The notes beneath the pieces were generated by a model. The model saw nothing but the letters and a program-made list of their open reading frames with translations. It was not told the DNA's origin and did no database searches. From the NCBI RefSeq assembly GCF_964355755.1, contig NC_092670.1:3462201-3526200 (forward strand): a stretch of 64,000 bases of DNA, read 5' to 3'. The position numbers and the translations under genes were made by a program. This document shows, in pieces, positions 23,691 to 36,100 of this stretch. Numbering within the stretch: position 1 is the stretch's first letter; each line of letters starts with the position of its first letter. This DNA comes from Antedon mediterranea. Its lineage: Eukaryota > Animalia > Echinodermata.

Positions 23691-26600
23691 ATGATAATAA
23701 GAACACCTCTTGTTTTTGTTTCAAGACTAGGCCTGGTGCAAAGAAAGTAAATATTATTTGTTTAAATCTGTTTTTAAAAAAATCTTAAATTATTAATATT
23801 AATAATTAATATTGTTAAATCATGGAGGAATTTTATACCTCCATGGTTAAATCATAAAACGTCTTTTCTCACTTTTTTCCGGAGTTTAATTTATATTATC
23901 ATAAATGCTCCTATAACTGCATTTTTTCTATTACGTACAACTTCATAGTATAAGCCTGTCAAATTGTCGACTTGCTGCCTTTCGACCAACTGCAGACAAC
24001 TCTGTAACTTCTGGATGAATAAACCTTGTAATTTTTTTCTTTTTCTTGAAGTATGTCCAGTACGGCAGCTACAACAATCATGCAAAGTTCTAATTCTGCT
24101 TCCACCATTCCCAAAAAGGGATCTTCTGAAGGTTATACCATTGTCAAAGAGGGAACATCTGAAATATTATTTCCAAAATCAAATGAGGTATTTTATAATC
24201 CAGTTCAAGAATTCAATCGGGATATAAGGTATTAAAGAATTTCAAATTAATCATTTTAGTCAGTACCATTTTTCCTCCCTCTCAAATCAGTTCCATATAA
24301 TATTTGTCTCTTAATGACTGTACATCGGCAGGAGTTTATGTTATGCTTTATAGATTTGAGCAGGCTATTTGACATCATCCATTTGTTTTAATTTACATGT
24401 AAATTATTATTTGCACAATAATAGTACACCGAAAATATCATCTTTTTTCAGTTCTTTGGTTATAAGTCTACATGCGAGTCAAGTATTAAAAAAGAAAGGA
24501 ATTGAAGGTATAGTTAAATAAGATGTGTATACAACTAATATTTTAAGTAAATATTTATATCAACATTTCACTTTTATGCTCATGTGTCGCACCTTGCCTC
24601 ACTGGCACTAGGTCCCTGATTCGCTCAATGTAATATGTTAAAAACTGGTATCATATTTACTGCTGTGACACCAGATATAATGGTTTTTAATCATGCTATT
24701 ATGAACATTGAATATACTTTTTTAAACAATAGTTTATTTTTATTTAAATTCTAAGACAAAATAACCAAAAACTTCCAGTCAATTTGGCTATTTTGTTCTT
24801 TAAATTACAGTTTATTCAGGTAAATAATTTTTTTTCAATCCAATGTAAAATTTGTATTTCACAGTTTGTTTGAAACAAAAAAATACCACCAACGCCGCCA
24901 ACACTTGCGATTCCCAAGATGAAGAAGAGTTGAAGAAAGTTTATCCAGGTGATCAGTTGGAGGTAAAGCCATTCTCAAATAAAAATTCCTTGGCAGAAAT
25001 TGTAGCTATAATTTTTTGAGATACTGTATCAAAAACAGTCACCTTCTTGGCAAAGATAAAATCAAAATATATCACAGTATTGATAGTATAAAGCTCTGTC
25101 TGCACTATAAAATGTGACAAAAAAATATGATGTCATTTCACTACTATATTTGGGAATATCACTACCATATTTTGGCACATCACACTTGTTTGATAGTGTA
25201 GACAGAGCTTTAAACCTTCCTTCTGTTAAAAAACTTTAGGATGGCATTAGTATTCTAGAAGGATTGTCAGCCAGCGGTCTTCGCTCAATCCGCTATGCTA
25301 AGGAAATTCCTGGTATCAAGAATATTGTAGCCAACGACTTCTCGGTAGCTGCTGTTGAAAATATTGAAAGGAATATAAAACATAATAAAATTGGACATTT
25401 AGTGAAAGCGAGCCTATCAGATGCAGCGTAAGTACACCATGTACTTGGACTATTTTAGCTTTGTTTTATTAAGATTTTATTGGTTTATAAATGATTGTAT
25501 CATTTGAGAAACACTGCCATAAAATTAAAAACAAATAAAAAACTTTGTATCATTTAGGTTGCTTATGTACAAGTGTCGCTCAAACCCAGAATATGATGTT
25601 GTTGATCTAGATCCTTACGGAAGTCCTGCGATGTTCATCGATGCTGGAGTTCAAGCTGTCAAAGAGGGTGGGCTTCTTTGTGTCACATGTACAGATCTTG
25701 CCGTGTTATCGGGTAACCATGGTGAGACATGCTTTTCAAAGTATGGTGCGATGTCCCTTCATGCAAAGTTTGGACCTGAGATGGTAGGATTCTGTCGTTT
25801 CAATTATTTATTTTTTACTTCAACATCGGTTGCATCTATAGTCTTATTCAGTTGAAGTCTTTCCTTTTCAAGTTTTTAAATTTAAATTATTTCCACTTCT
25901 CGTCTATTTTAATATATGTACAGTGGATTGATTTCATTTCATTTATTTATTCCTGGGACCCCAAAAGCAACAGAGTCTCCATAACATGAAATGTCTAGGG
26001 CCCCAGAAGAACTTAACTACATAAAATTAAAAATCAATATACAGTTTAAAATATATTAAAAAATTTAAAAACAAGAAAAAGAGGAAAAGAAACACACCGG
26101 AGTCGAATTAAGGATCTGTAAAATGTTGTTTTAACTGCCTCAGAAAGAGAAGAAAGGACAGACGAGTCTCTGAGGGAAACGATGGATAGGCAAAGATTTG
26201 AGAGCTTGTTTATATGCGTTATATAAGAATGAACTATTATTATTATTATTATACAGTATTCATTTTTAATTGCCCAATGTACAGTGTTTATTATATTTAA
26301 TTGATTGTGAATGATTTAATAGGCTTTACGAATAGTGCTTCAAGCCATTGAAACCAGTGCCAATCGTTATCATCGCCACATTGTCCCGTTGGTCAGTGTA
26401 CAAGTTGATTTTTACCTCCGAGTGTTTGTACGTGTCTTTACAAGTCAAGCGGCCGCAAAACGCTCGGCAAGGTGTGTGAGCATGTCGGCTTTATTTAATA
26501 TGTGGCTTTCCCCTTTTTTTTTATAGTTGCTATAGGTTGTATAATGGAGGGAGTTTATTATATCTCTTCGTTTTGTTTCGTTTATTTATTTTTTCCACTC

Positions 26601-29104
26601 ACTTATATATATATATATAATTTACACAACATGTATTAAATGTGGGTGGATGGAGGTTCACTGAAGTTCACTGAACTTTAAGTCGTGACCCCCGTAGGCC
26701 TATAAGTATACTAACATTGCTACGGAGTAGACTAAAATATGTATCTCTTTGATCTAAATCCAAATCAAAATCTACTCCAAACCCAAACTTTCAAACCAAA
26801 ATGTACAGTTGGTTTTCTTATACCGTACATTATTACTAATTCAATTCACATTTATTTACTCATCGTTTATAAATACAGTTTCATAGCATAAATGATGGCA
26901 AGGATCCTGCATAGAGAAGTTTACACTTCTGTTTTCGCAGCACCCTTTTACATAAAAAACATAAAACAATAAACACAACATAATAGATACAAAAAAAAAA
27001 AAAAAAAACATTTCCTATATACATTTTAGAGTTGTTCATCATCAAAAAGCGATACTGTTTTTCTAACATGATTATTTATACATTTTGTCTTAAAAAAGAA
27101 GATATTCAGTTTATTACTTCCAGTACATGTGGATTGTGGATACAGTATGTAATATATTAAAATATACTAAATTTGTATCTCAGTACACTGATTATATTTT
27201 ATTTTTTTACTGACAGCAAGAGGGCGCTTGTGTATCATTGCACAGGATGTGATAGCTTCCATCTTCAAAGACTTGGAAAGGCTATCCCGCGGGAAAACAA
27301 GTGAGCTTTTAGAAATTGAAAGTTTTAAAACTGTTTGTTTAATTAAATAAAAGGGATCAGTTTAAAGAGTTCTAAAATCTTGAATTATATAAATTTATTT
27401 CTCTGTTGCTATAATAAGTAATGATTATTTTCAAATGAATGATTTTACTGTAGAGTATGCATACTGTATATGTCAATGAATAATTTTTGAAATCTATTTT
27501 TTATCTTTTTTTATAGAGAGCCTCGTTTCACCCCAGCCACAGGACCACCCTGTGGTCAAATATGCACAGATTGTGGGAGCAATTTTCAGGTAGAGTAAAA
27601 AAAAGTGGTACTAAAACCTTCTTACTACAAAATCAAAATGCATTTATTTCAAAAGCGTGACCTCATTTGTGTTATTTCTCGTTAGGTCGGTGGTCCTATC
27701 TGGAATGAACCAATTCATGACCTGGACTTTGTTCAAAACCTTGTGAGTACTCTAGATGATATACCAAAAGAAAAGTATAAACGATTTAAAAAGATCAAAG
27801 GAACGCTGACTGTTATAACAGAGGTAAGACAAGTAGTTTATTTTCGCAAATACAAGCGCCACCAATTATCAACACTCACTGTGCAAGACGTATTTTTTTT
27901 CTTCTATAATCATGGCAATGGCTTTAATTGTTTTAACTTTATTGACTAAAAATAAATTCAAGACAGAAAATAATTACATGATACCATAAAACATGCAAAG
28001 TATCCTTTTCCAATGATTGATTTACTGTATTTTTAAACAATAATAAACAAATTGGTTTTTTTTCCAGGAATTACAAGACAGCCCTCTATATTACACGCTT
28101 AGCCGATTATGCAACATCATTCACTGTACTGTACCATCAAATGTAAAGTTTCGTTCAGCTTTGTTGAATGCTGGCTACCGAGTGTCGATAACACATACAT
28201 CAGCTGAGGCCATCAAGACGGATGCACCAAGTTCTGTCGTCTGGGATATAATGAGGTCGTGGGTCAGTAGATCGTAAATTACTAGTTCAAAAAGTGTAAA
28301 CAAGCTAAATGAGGTTTTCCAGTCACCAGCATTTCCCCGATAGGCTTAAGAATCCAGCTTAAACCAAGAAATGATATACAACTTTAAATTTTCTTTTATT
28401 TTGGCTTTTGTATTTATATTTTCAGGAGAAGTTCAATCCAGTTAAACAGAGCCGCTTAACAGAAGGTAGTGTGGCGTACAATTTACTACACAAAGAGCCT
28501 GTGTAAGTAGATTGGTGATTATTGTTATATTATGTAGAAAGAAAGAATTCTTGTCAAGCTCTGTCTACACTATCAAACATTATGTTCCCAAATATGGTCA
28601 TGATTACGGCATATCACACTTTTTTTGTGAAACTAGTTTGATAGTGTAGTTCAGTATTTCCAATGAGGTCGTTGCTGGTGGTAAAATTAGGAGCTGATCA
28701 TATCAAATACACAACCTTTGACCTTTTCTTTACAGCATTGAGGCATCATTTGAGAAAAGACCTGATGCGAACCCCAAATCACGACAGCAGAAGATGAGTC
28801 GCTTCCCACTCAACCCTGAACCTCACTGGGGACCAAAATCAAGAGCCAGGAAACGGTAAATATCAACTCTATGTGCATACACCATTTCACCATATCTATT
28901 TTTTTTATTTCTCACAGTATAAAAAAGTTTATATTTATTTGAGTTGATGAAAAGAAGTACTAAATGTTTAATATTTTTTCCAGAAAACCAGATTTGACAA
29001 AAGAGGAAAATTCGTCAAATGATGAACAAACAAAACGGTCGAAGGATAGTACAACGGTTGAAAACTCAGAATTGGAATCAAAGGATATCACTGAAGAAAC
29101 GTGA
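23691..29104 (+). CDS. TRMT1: tRNA (guanine(26)-N2)-dimethyltransferase, ~585 aa, 14 coding exons
   Basis: Exons: 23691-23746, 24052-24228, 24452-24507, 24865-24962, 25240-25427, 25558-25783, 26323-26471, 27217-27300, 27517-27589, 27686-27823, 28068-28262, 28426-28502, 28736-28855, 28984-29104 (1758 nt in frame). Motifs [54 protein letters not shown] and NPEPHWGPK. The first exon is less certain (alternative ATG at 24053). AATAAA at 29210. Confidence 0.95.
25093..25209. mobile_element. MITE family A copy (internally deleted)
   Basis: AGCTCTGTCTGCACTAT...TTTGATAGTGTAGACAGAGCT in TRMT1 intron 4. Confidence 0.78.
28557..28649. mobile_element. MITE family A copy (partial)
   Basis: AGCTCTGTCTACACTATCAAAC...AGTTTGATAGTGTAG in TRMT1 intron 12. 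Confidence 0.72.
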
Positions 29105-29823
29105 TGGAAACACAATTGATAAAATTAGGAAGCAAGACTCCTTGTGGCATGATTGCCTACCAATCTTTAACCCTTTGTTCTCATATCATAGCAAGAAAGC
29201 ACTTGCTGTAATAAAAGATACGTAGCGATTCAGTTAACCTTCTTGATCAGTAGATACTGTAACCATTGTAATGACACATTAATAAGCAATTTTTATTTTG
29301 GATCGGATAAATACCCTCATTGGAACTTGAATCTAAATTATCTTAGTTCTTAGCATCATAGAGGGGAAGTAAATGGCAGGGTCAGGTTTTAATTATACAG
29401 TAATATATATTTGTAAAATTAAAAGTTATGATTGAGTACATTTAAATTTGTTAGGTGGTGAGGGATGCTACAGACTACAGTTCTGCAAATTTCAACCGTT
29501 TAAGGCCAAATAATGCATAACTGCAAGTATGATGTAATGTTTTTAAAAATTTATGTTTGTTACAAAATGAAATGAATCAAGTACTGTATTGCCAAATGAC
29601 GTAATCTTTCTGAAAACTAAAGGCAAAAACTATGTATGTTTGGGTGTCTTGTCTTTTCTAAAGCAGAAGTCGGTCTTATGCAAATACAGTAGAACAAATA
29701 ATGGACTTAAAATATTTGTTATCGTAACAACACAGACAAACAACAAATTAAACAAATTCTCAATACTGCTTTGAAATTTATTTACTTTTCATTCAAACAT
29801 TTGTATTTTTTATGTGATCTTGT

Positions 29824-31780
29824 TTACAATCCCTTGAGTACGCGTGCTTTCCACTTTTTAAGAGGTCCGTGATCTGGGAAGTACTGGACACTAACGCCAT
29901 CTGGTATTAAATGTCCGCTTGCACGTTTTTCTTCATAGTCTGGGCGATCCCACTTAGTGAAGCCCCATCGTTTAGAGATGTAGATCTGTGGTTTAAAAAA
30001 AGAGGGGTTACAATTTACTTACTACTTCTAAAGATGTCAGACAGGAGAAAATACTTGCTTTTTTTTAACATTTATTAACAATTATATGTTGTACCTTCTG
30101 TCGTCCTGGGTACTTGAACTTTGCCCTCCTGAATGCTTCAAGGGCATGTGCACGGCTTCCTTCTTTTATTCTTATGGACATGATTGTTTGACCGATTCGG
30201 ACACGAGCAACTGTTCCCTGTGGCTTACCAAAGGCACCTCTCATTCCGGTTTGAAGCCTAAGTGAAAAAAATTAAATATTTACTGGGTTTTTAGTCGCGT
30301 GGAAGCGACTCTATAGTTCACTATGTCGGTCGGTCGGTCCGGTATCACTATGCGTTTTATCGCTTTCTGACCTTATCTTGATATCAGTTTAATCTAGCTA
30401 GGTCAATTTTTCACAGTATATTCCTTATGGCCAGGAATCAATGTGGTTATGTTTTCACGGTGCGCAATAAAAAATTACGCGGTCTACGCACGATTTAACG
30501 AAATCACGTTTGTAATCATATCTTCACAACCATGAATCACAATTAAATAAAATTTGGTACTCATAAATTTCAGGGCATAAATCATCATATGACAATACAA
30601 TTACGTGCGTAGCGCATGTGCGCTTAACATTTTCAAAATTTATTTTCGATGAAATAAGAGTACATTTCAGGCAATTTTAAGCGTTTACAAAATTGCCATG
30701 AGTGCGCATATTTTTGCGCGCGCACTGCGCGTTAAATGTTATTGCGCACTCTTTTTGCCCGATTTCTGTTTTCTTGACTTACTTTTCAACTCGAAATTAC
30801 GTTATACGAGCACGTCGAAAGTGACAGGCTACGCACGTGTAAATTTAAAAAAAAAAAATGTTTTTAAACATTTCAACATTTTTAAACATGTTCAGTAATT
30901 TCGGTCAGTATAGTTCGGTCGGTCGGTCGGTCTCTGTCGGTCCGGTATCACTATGCATTGTAGCACGCGACTTAGTGGCTGTTGGCCTTGTTTTTCAACT
31001 GGGTTAGTCGTTGTGTAGATCTATAAAAAAAAATAAAAATGTTATCTATATCTTACCTATCAGCTCCGGCACACGACAACATTTTATTGATTCGGACGAT
31101 GTGGAATGGATGTACCCGTATCCTGATGTGGAACGAATCCTTTCCACAGTGTTTCACCATGTATTTGTTGGCACAGATACGAGCGGCTTCAAGAGCCTCG
31201 GAAGAAAGCTGCTCAAACTCGTCGGACACCATGTGAATACAAAGTGGAAATTCATCTACAAGCGCCTTCTTACGACCCAAATCAAAGATACGAATCTTAG
31301 GATCTTTAAAAAAGAATATATAAAATATTAGTATAAAGAAATACGCCTTTTTGACTATGTTGTTCTTACTAGGAGTAAAAAACTTAGTTAAATTAGACTT
31401 AGGTTAGTAAGTACCATTAATATATTGCCATGTAGCTTTTAATTTATTTCAAGTTACTTACCTGGTACACCCCTGCAGAAACGAGACTTGGGGTATGGTT
31501 TGTTTTTGCAGTAACGATAGCTGGAAAGTTAAATTAAAAATATATCATTTATTTTACATAAAACTAAAAATAAAATACCAGCCACAAGCCTAACTAGGGC
31601 TAGGCCTAGCATTTATGAATTCCCCGTCAATAATATGATGTTAAATTTCTCAAGTGTAGTCGAATTTTGTCATTCTATAGGCCCGGGCCCGATCCACATT
31701 CAAGCCCAGTTCTAGCCTACTAGGAGGAGGTGTCGAACTACTACGTTATCCACTTACCATCGGGCTGGTCGTCGTCCCAT
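29824..31780 (-). CDS. RPL10: 60S ribosomal protein L10 (uL16), 217 aa, 5 coding exons
   Basis: Exons (-): 31780-31758, 31520-31462, 31303-31057, 30257-30095, 29985-29824 (654 nt). Reads [40 protein letters not shown]...[27 protein letters not shown]. Confidence 0.98.
30288..30995 (+). mobile_element. Non-autonomous Helentron-type element (HINE/DINE-1-like) in an RPL10 intron
   Basis: T-runs at both ends; subterminal inverted repeat AGTCGCGTG (30293) / CACGCGACT (30964); (GTCG)n microsatellites near 30325 and 30915; short 3' stem-loop GGCTGTTGGCC before TTGTTTTT. Confidence 0.75.
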
Positions 31781-31955
31781 TTTTCCTGAAATAAATTTAC
31801 AAAATTGAGATTAGAATCTATATTTCTTGTAAAAATAAAACCACCAATTAATTGAAAATGTATTAGGTGAAATGAACGTTACATTTTTGTTAAGGAAAAA
31901 AGGCACTAAATTAGTGATTAAATACGATTTCTATGGCCATAAATGTTATACCCAC

Positions 31956-31988
31956 CTTGTTGAAGGACAGTGTTGGGAAAAGAGAAAG
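31956..31988 (-). promoter_or_regulatory. RPL10 non-coding first exon with TCT initiator / 5' TOP pyrimidine tract
   Basis: Minus strand reads CTTTCTCTTTTCCCAACACTGTCCTTCAACAAG|GTGGGT; the acceptor TTTCAG lies just upstream of the ATG; typical of ribosomal protein genes. Confidence 0.75.
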
Positions 31989-32782
31989 ATTATTGAGCAA
32001 TAGCGCCCTTATGCAGTCATTTTATACTCGCTCGCTTAGGCTTGAAATGGCTGTCGCAAATTTGCAAGTCATTTATATTAGTCATAATTTTGATGTTCTA
32101 GAATGGATTGTATTCATTGAGGATTGCATACATACAGGTTTTGATATAAACCAATTGAAAAAACGACAAATTTATTTTTTTTGTGAGATATTAGGCAAAA
32201 TTATTATAAATGTACGTAGACCTAAACTTCGAAGGGCCTGGTGGATAAAGGCTATAACTCTGAGGAAAATATTGACCTCTGAACTCTTCATCATGAGACC
32301 TGGTTTGTTTTTATTTACTTTTTAAATCGTAAGTTAAATACTGTATATTGAACAATTACTTAAAATTAAATAAATTTTATAATGGTGATCATTTCCTATG
32401 TTATTGCTATGTTAGACATTTTTACTTTAAAATGATTGGTGGCTAGCGGGAGCCAGATAGCTGCGGTTGTTGTGCGCCAAGGGTTGAGCCTATTTCGGAT
32501 GGGTGTGTGTGAGAGCCGAGTTAAGGGCAAGAAGGCATATGTTAGGCATTGTTTTTGGGGTCGTTTCGCCCCAGGAAATTTACATGTAGAAACTGTTATT
32601 CATCAGTATATGTTTTTAAATATTATTAAATACATTATAAATACTAAAGTATGTATATGTGTTTTTACTATATATATATATATTGAGAATCATGTCATAA
32701 ATTAAATTTGGTAATTTGATTTAATAAATAAACTCCTACTACTAGGCCTATGTATAAGTATATTAATATTAATATTATTTAA

Positions 32783-33034
32783 TGCCGTGGCTAAAGATAC
32801 GGTAACGTATCCTAACTTCCGTTTGCTAAAGGTACGGTAAAATTGTATACGTCATAATCAGCCCGTTTACTAAAGGTACGGTAAAATTGTATATGATGTC
32901 ATAATCAATCAGCCAGTGGGGTGGTGGTACATGTGTGACGTCATTGTGTAAGGACTTTGGATTTGTTTTCATACCTTTATCATACCTTTAGCAAACAGAA
33001 GTTAGGATACGGTACCATATTTTTAGCCACAGCG
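32783..33034. mobile_element. ~250-bp MITE with ~55-bp imperfect TIRs, upstream of the SNX29 coding start
   Basis: GCCGTGGCTAAAGATACGGTAACGTATCCTAACTTCCGTTTGCTAAAGGTA pairs with TACCTTTAGCAAACAGAAGTTAGGATACGGTACCATATTTTTAGCCACAGC. Confidence 0.75.
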
Positions 33035-33102
33035 TAATATTAAGATAGACGAATATTATATTATACTTAATAATTTTATACATTTTGATATATTTTCAGG
33101 CG

Positions 33103-36100
33103 ATGGATAAAAACAAAACCGATAAACAAAATTTACTAGACCGGCTGTTAGATGCGGTGAAACAGTGTCAGGTTCGTTTTGGTGGTCGCACAGAACTTGC
33201 TACTGATGTGGACAGCAGGGTATCATGCTTATGTGCACAATTTGAAACCGTACTTATGCACGGTTTAAAGAAATCGTCAGGAAATCCACTAAGTGCAATT
33301 AAGTATGATATTTTTTTTGTTTTCAATTTAGAGTTTCTGAATTTTGTATGAATTTATTAGAAAAAAAAAGAAAACATCTTGACCTAAATTGATATATCGT
33401 GTGCTTATTTTACAGACAAATGACAGGTATTCAAGTGCCATCAATTGCCGGTATTAAAACAGAAACAGATGCTGGTAAATAATTATATTCAGAAATTGTT
33501 TACATTTTGTATATTATATTATTAGAGTTATTAAATTTAGCGAAGTGTATACATTTTAAATTTCAGTATTCTGGCCAATTGTAAAAGAGCATCTTACACG
33601 CCATGAACTGCAACGGTACACGTCCCTTAAGAATATTACAACTGATGCTGGTAGAGGGCGTGCTTGGCTGCGGAGCACATTGAATGAACATTCGCTTGAA
33701 CGTTATTTACATACAATGCAGGCGAATAAACAGTTGTTGTCGTAAGTGTCCTCAAATTTTTACAAATTCATGTGCAGAGGTTGTGTTTTTTATTTTGGTT
33801 GTGCCTGAGTGGATACGATTTCATCGTGCTTATACATTGAACTGCACATATTAAAACACCTGTTTTCCAATAATATGAATAAGTATTTTGGTTTATATGT
33901 TTGCTTTTTGTGACCAGTTAGAGGCCAGAAATTTTGTTATTTGCTCAGCTAGACTCGGCTAGTGGGAACATTCTGCAGTCTCAACTTATATTTACTCTAC
34001 TTTCAGTCAGTTTTATGAACCGTGGTCGTTTATTCTTGACGAGGAGAGAGCAAGCATGCTACCTACTATGGCTAGGGGATTGGGCTCTATATTATTTGCA
34101 ATTAACATTGACAATGAACAACTTAATGGAATTAAACCGGTAAGCTTTTTGATCTGTCGTAAATTTCAAGAATATTTTGTAGGGATGAACCATCAGTCCA
34201 ATTAATGACACTTAATTGTCCTGGGAGATCTGTCTGTATCAAACAAAAAAGACTGGGTGTAATTAATAGAAAATATATTTTGTAATTTCCAGTCCAAAAG
34301 ATGACACTTAAATGTTTGGTATGAGATCTGGCATAATTAATAAGAGATATATTTTGTAGGGACCACACAATTCCAGTCCAAAAGATAACACTTAAACTGG
34401 TATTAGATGAGATCTGGTATAATTAATAAGAGATATATATTTTTTTAATTGCTTAGGCTTCATTACCTTCGCTGTCGTCAATGATTAGCACTGAAACCCC
34501 TCAGTTGATTGATAGCACTACGATAGAACAGGAGCCAGTATTGTCAAAAGAGGTGTCCAGTCGCACAGGTAGGTTGACTGCAGTTACAGTAGGTGTACTG
34601 ATGCAACAAAAAATAGTCTCAAATTAGCTAAGCTAATTACTGTGCCTATATGTATACATAAGGATACATTCTTCTTCTTCTACATAAACTTCTGAAATGA
34701 ATTGAATTAAATTCAATCTATTTATTAAGTACAATCCATTATATTTACAATTATTTTTTGCCTATTTTTCTTGTCTCAGGTTCATTTGACAAAGAAAAGA
34801 AAGAGAAAAAGAAAAAAAAGAAGAAAGGACCGACATCTATAGTGTCATTTGACGATGAAGATTCAGAAAAAAGTTCAACGGAAAATCATCCTTTGTCAAA
34901 AAGGAAACCTAAAAGCCAAAAATCATCCCCTTCCAAAAGTGGTACAACCCATATTTCCAACACATCGACAATTCAAAATGTTTATGAATATAAAGGTGAA
35001 AGGTTAACTCAGAAAAAAGAAATAGATAAAGGTCAAGAGTTACAGGTCAATGAACGGTTACATGATGGTTCTTTCGATGCTGGAACGTCAGAGGCTATTA
35101 CTTTAGAAGATACAACGCCAACAAACTCTATTCCAATAAATTTTAAGACCTCATTGCATCCATCCCATTCAGACAATATTATAACTAACCAATCACATCT
35201 TTCCACTTCTTTTCCCGGGAAAACTCCACCTTCAACTCCATATGATTCATCGCTTCTCTCTCAATACGAGAAGATGGACTCTGATTATATTTCAAGAAAA
35301 CTACAGGCTGGCGATACACAATCTTCACAGCAAAATTCAGATGAATTTGAAGGGTCTGAGGAAGTAGTTCCAACGGAGACGCAAAAAAGCGTTTTAGTAA
35401 ATGGAGAAGTTGTTCATTTGAGAGCTTCCAGCCAAGATGGGTTATTCCAAGTGTTTGGTGAAGATGGACCTGGTGATTTAATACCATTATCACAAGATGC
35501 TGCCACAACAGGTAAAACTATTCTTCCCAAATACTCCCCTTCATTTTGCTTCCTTAATTAAAGACTGAATGTTCTTAGCCAGCTCATTATTTAGTTACTA
35601 TTTAGCAAACATGAACAACATTTAATGATTTATCCTATATTGTTTCGCTTTAAAGAATCCTGGGTTAGATATTTTAGCAATTTGTTTAATGTTTCGTAAC
35701 ATTGTTAGTGTAGTTTAGTTTAAAAGTGTTTGTATCTTGTATGTGTTGTTTGTCTATGTGTTGAGTTTACTGTTGGATGGGAATAGAAATAATTATTTAG
35801 GTACTATCTAGCAAACATGAACAACATTTTATTATGTTTCGTGGTGGCTTTGAAGGCCACTTTAACATAGCCTTTTCTTTCTAATGTAATAAATGTTATT
35901 CGATTATTTACATTTTTTTTTTTTTTAGAGGATACGCAATCGAATGATTCAAGCATGTTGGGGTTTGGCATTGAAACAGAAAGTGCTACAATGGGAGTTG
36001 CACTTGCTCAGAAAGGTCTTCAGTTAAAGTAAATTATACAACATTTGTTTTTTCATTTACCATATTCTTTTCTATTTAATGTACATAGAAATATCTGGGT

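Noticed and set aside
28000-28010. GTATCCTTTT U12-like donor inside TRMT1
   Set aside because: It lies within intron 10; the GT-AG junction 27823/28068 already gives the conserved ITE-ELQD sequence.
31011-31331. 106-aa plus-strand ORF; similarly 10238-10854 and 35185-35508
   Set aside because: Antisense shadows of real exons (RPL10, FAM227, SNX29).
29986-31955. Intronic snoRNA in RPL10 (human RPL10 hosts SNORA70)
   Set aside because: No convincing H/ACA or C/D structure or SNORA70 similarity by eye; an Infernal/Rfam scan would be needed to exclude it.
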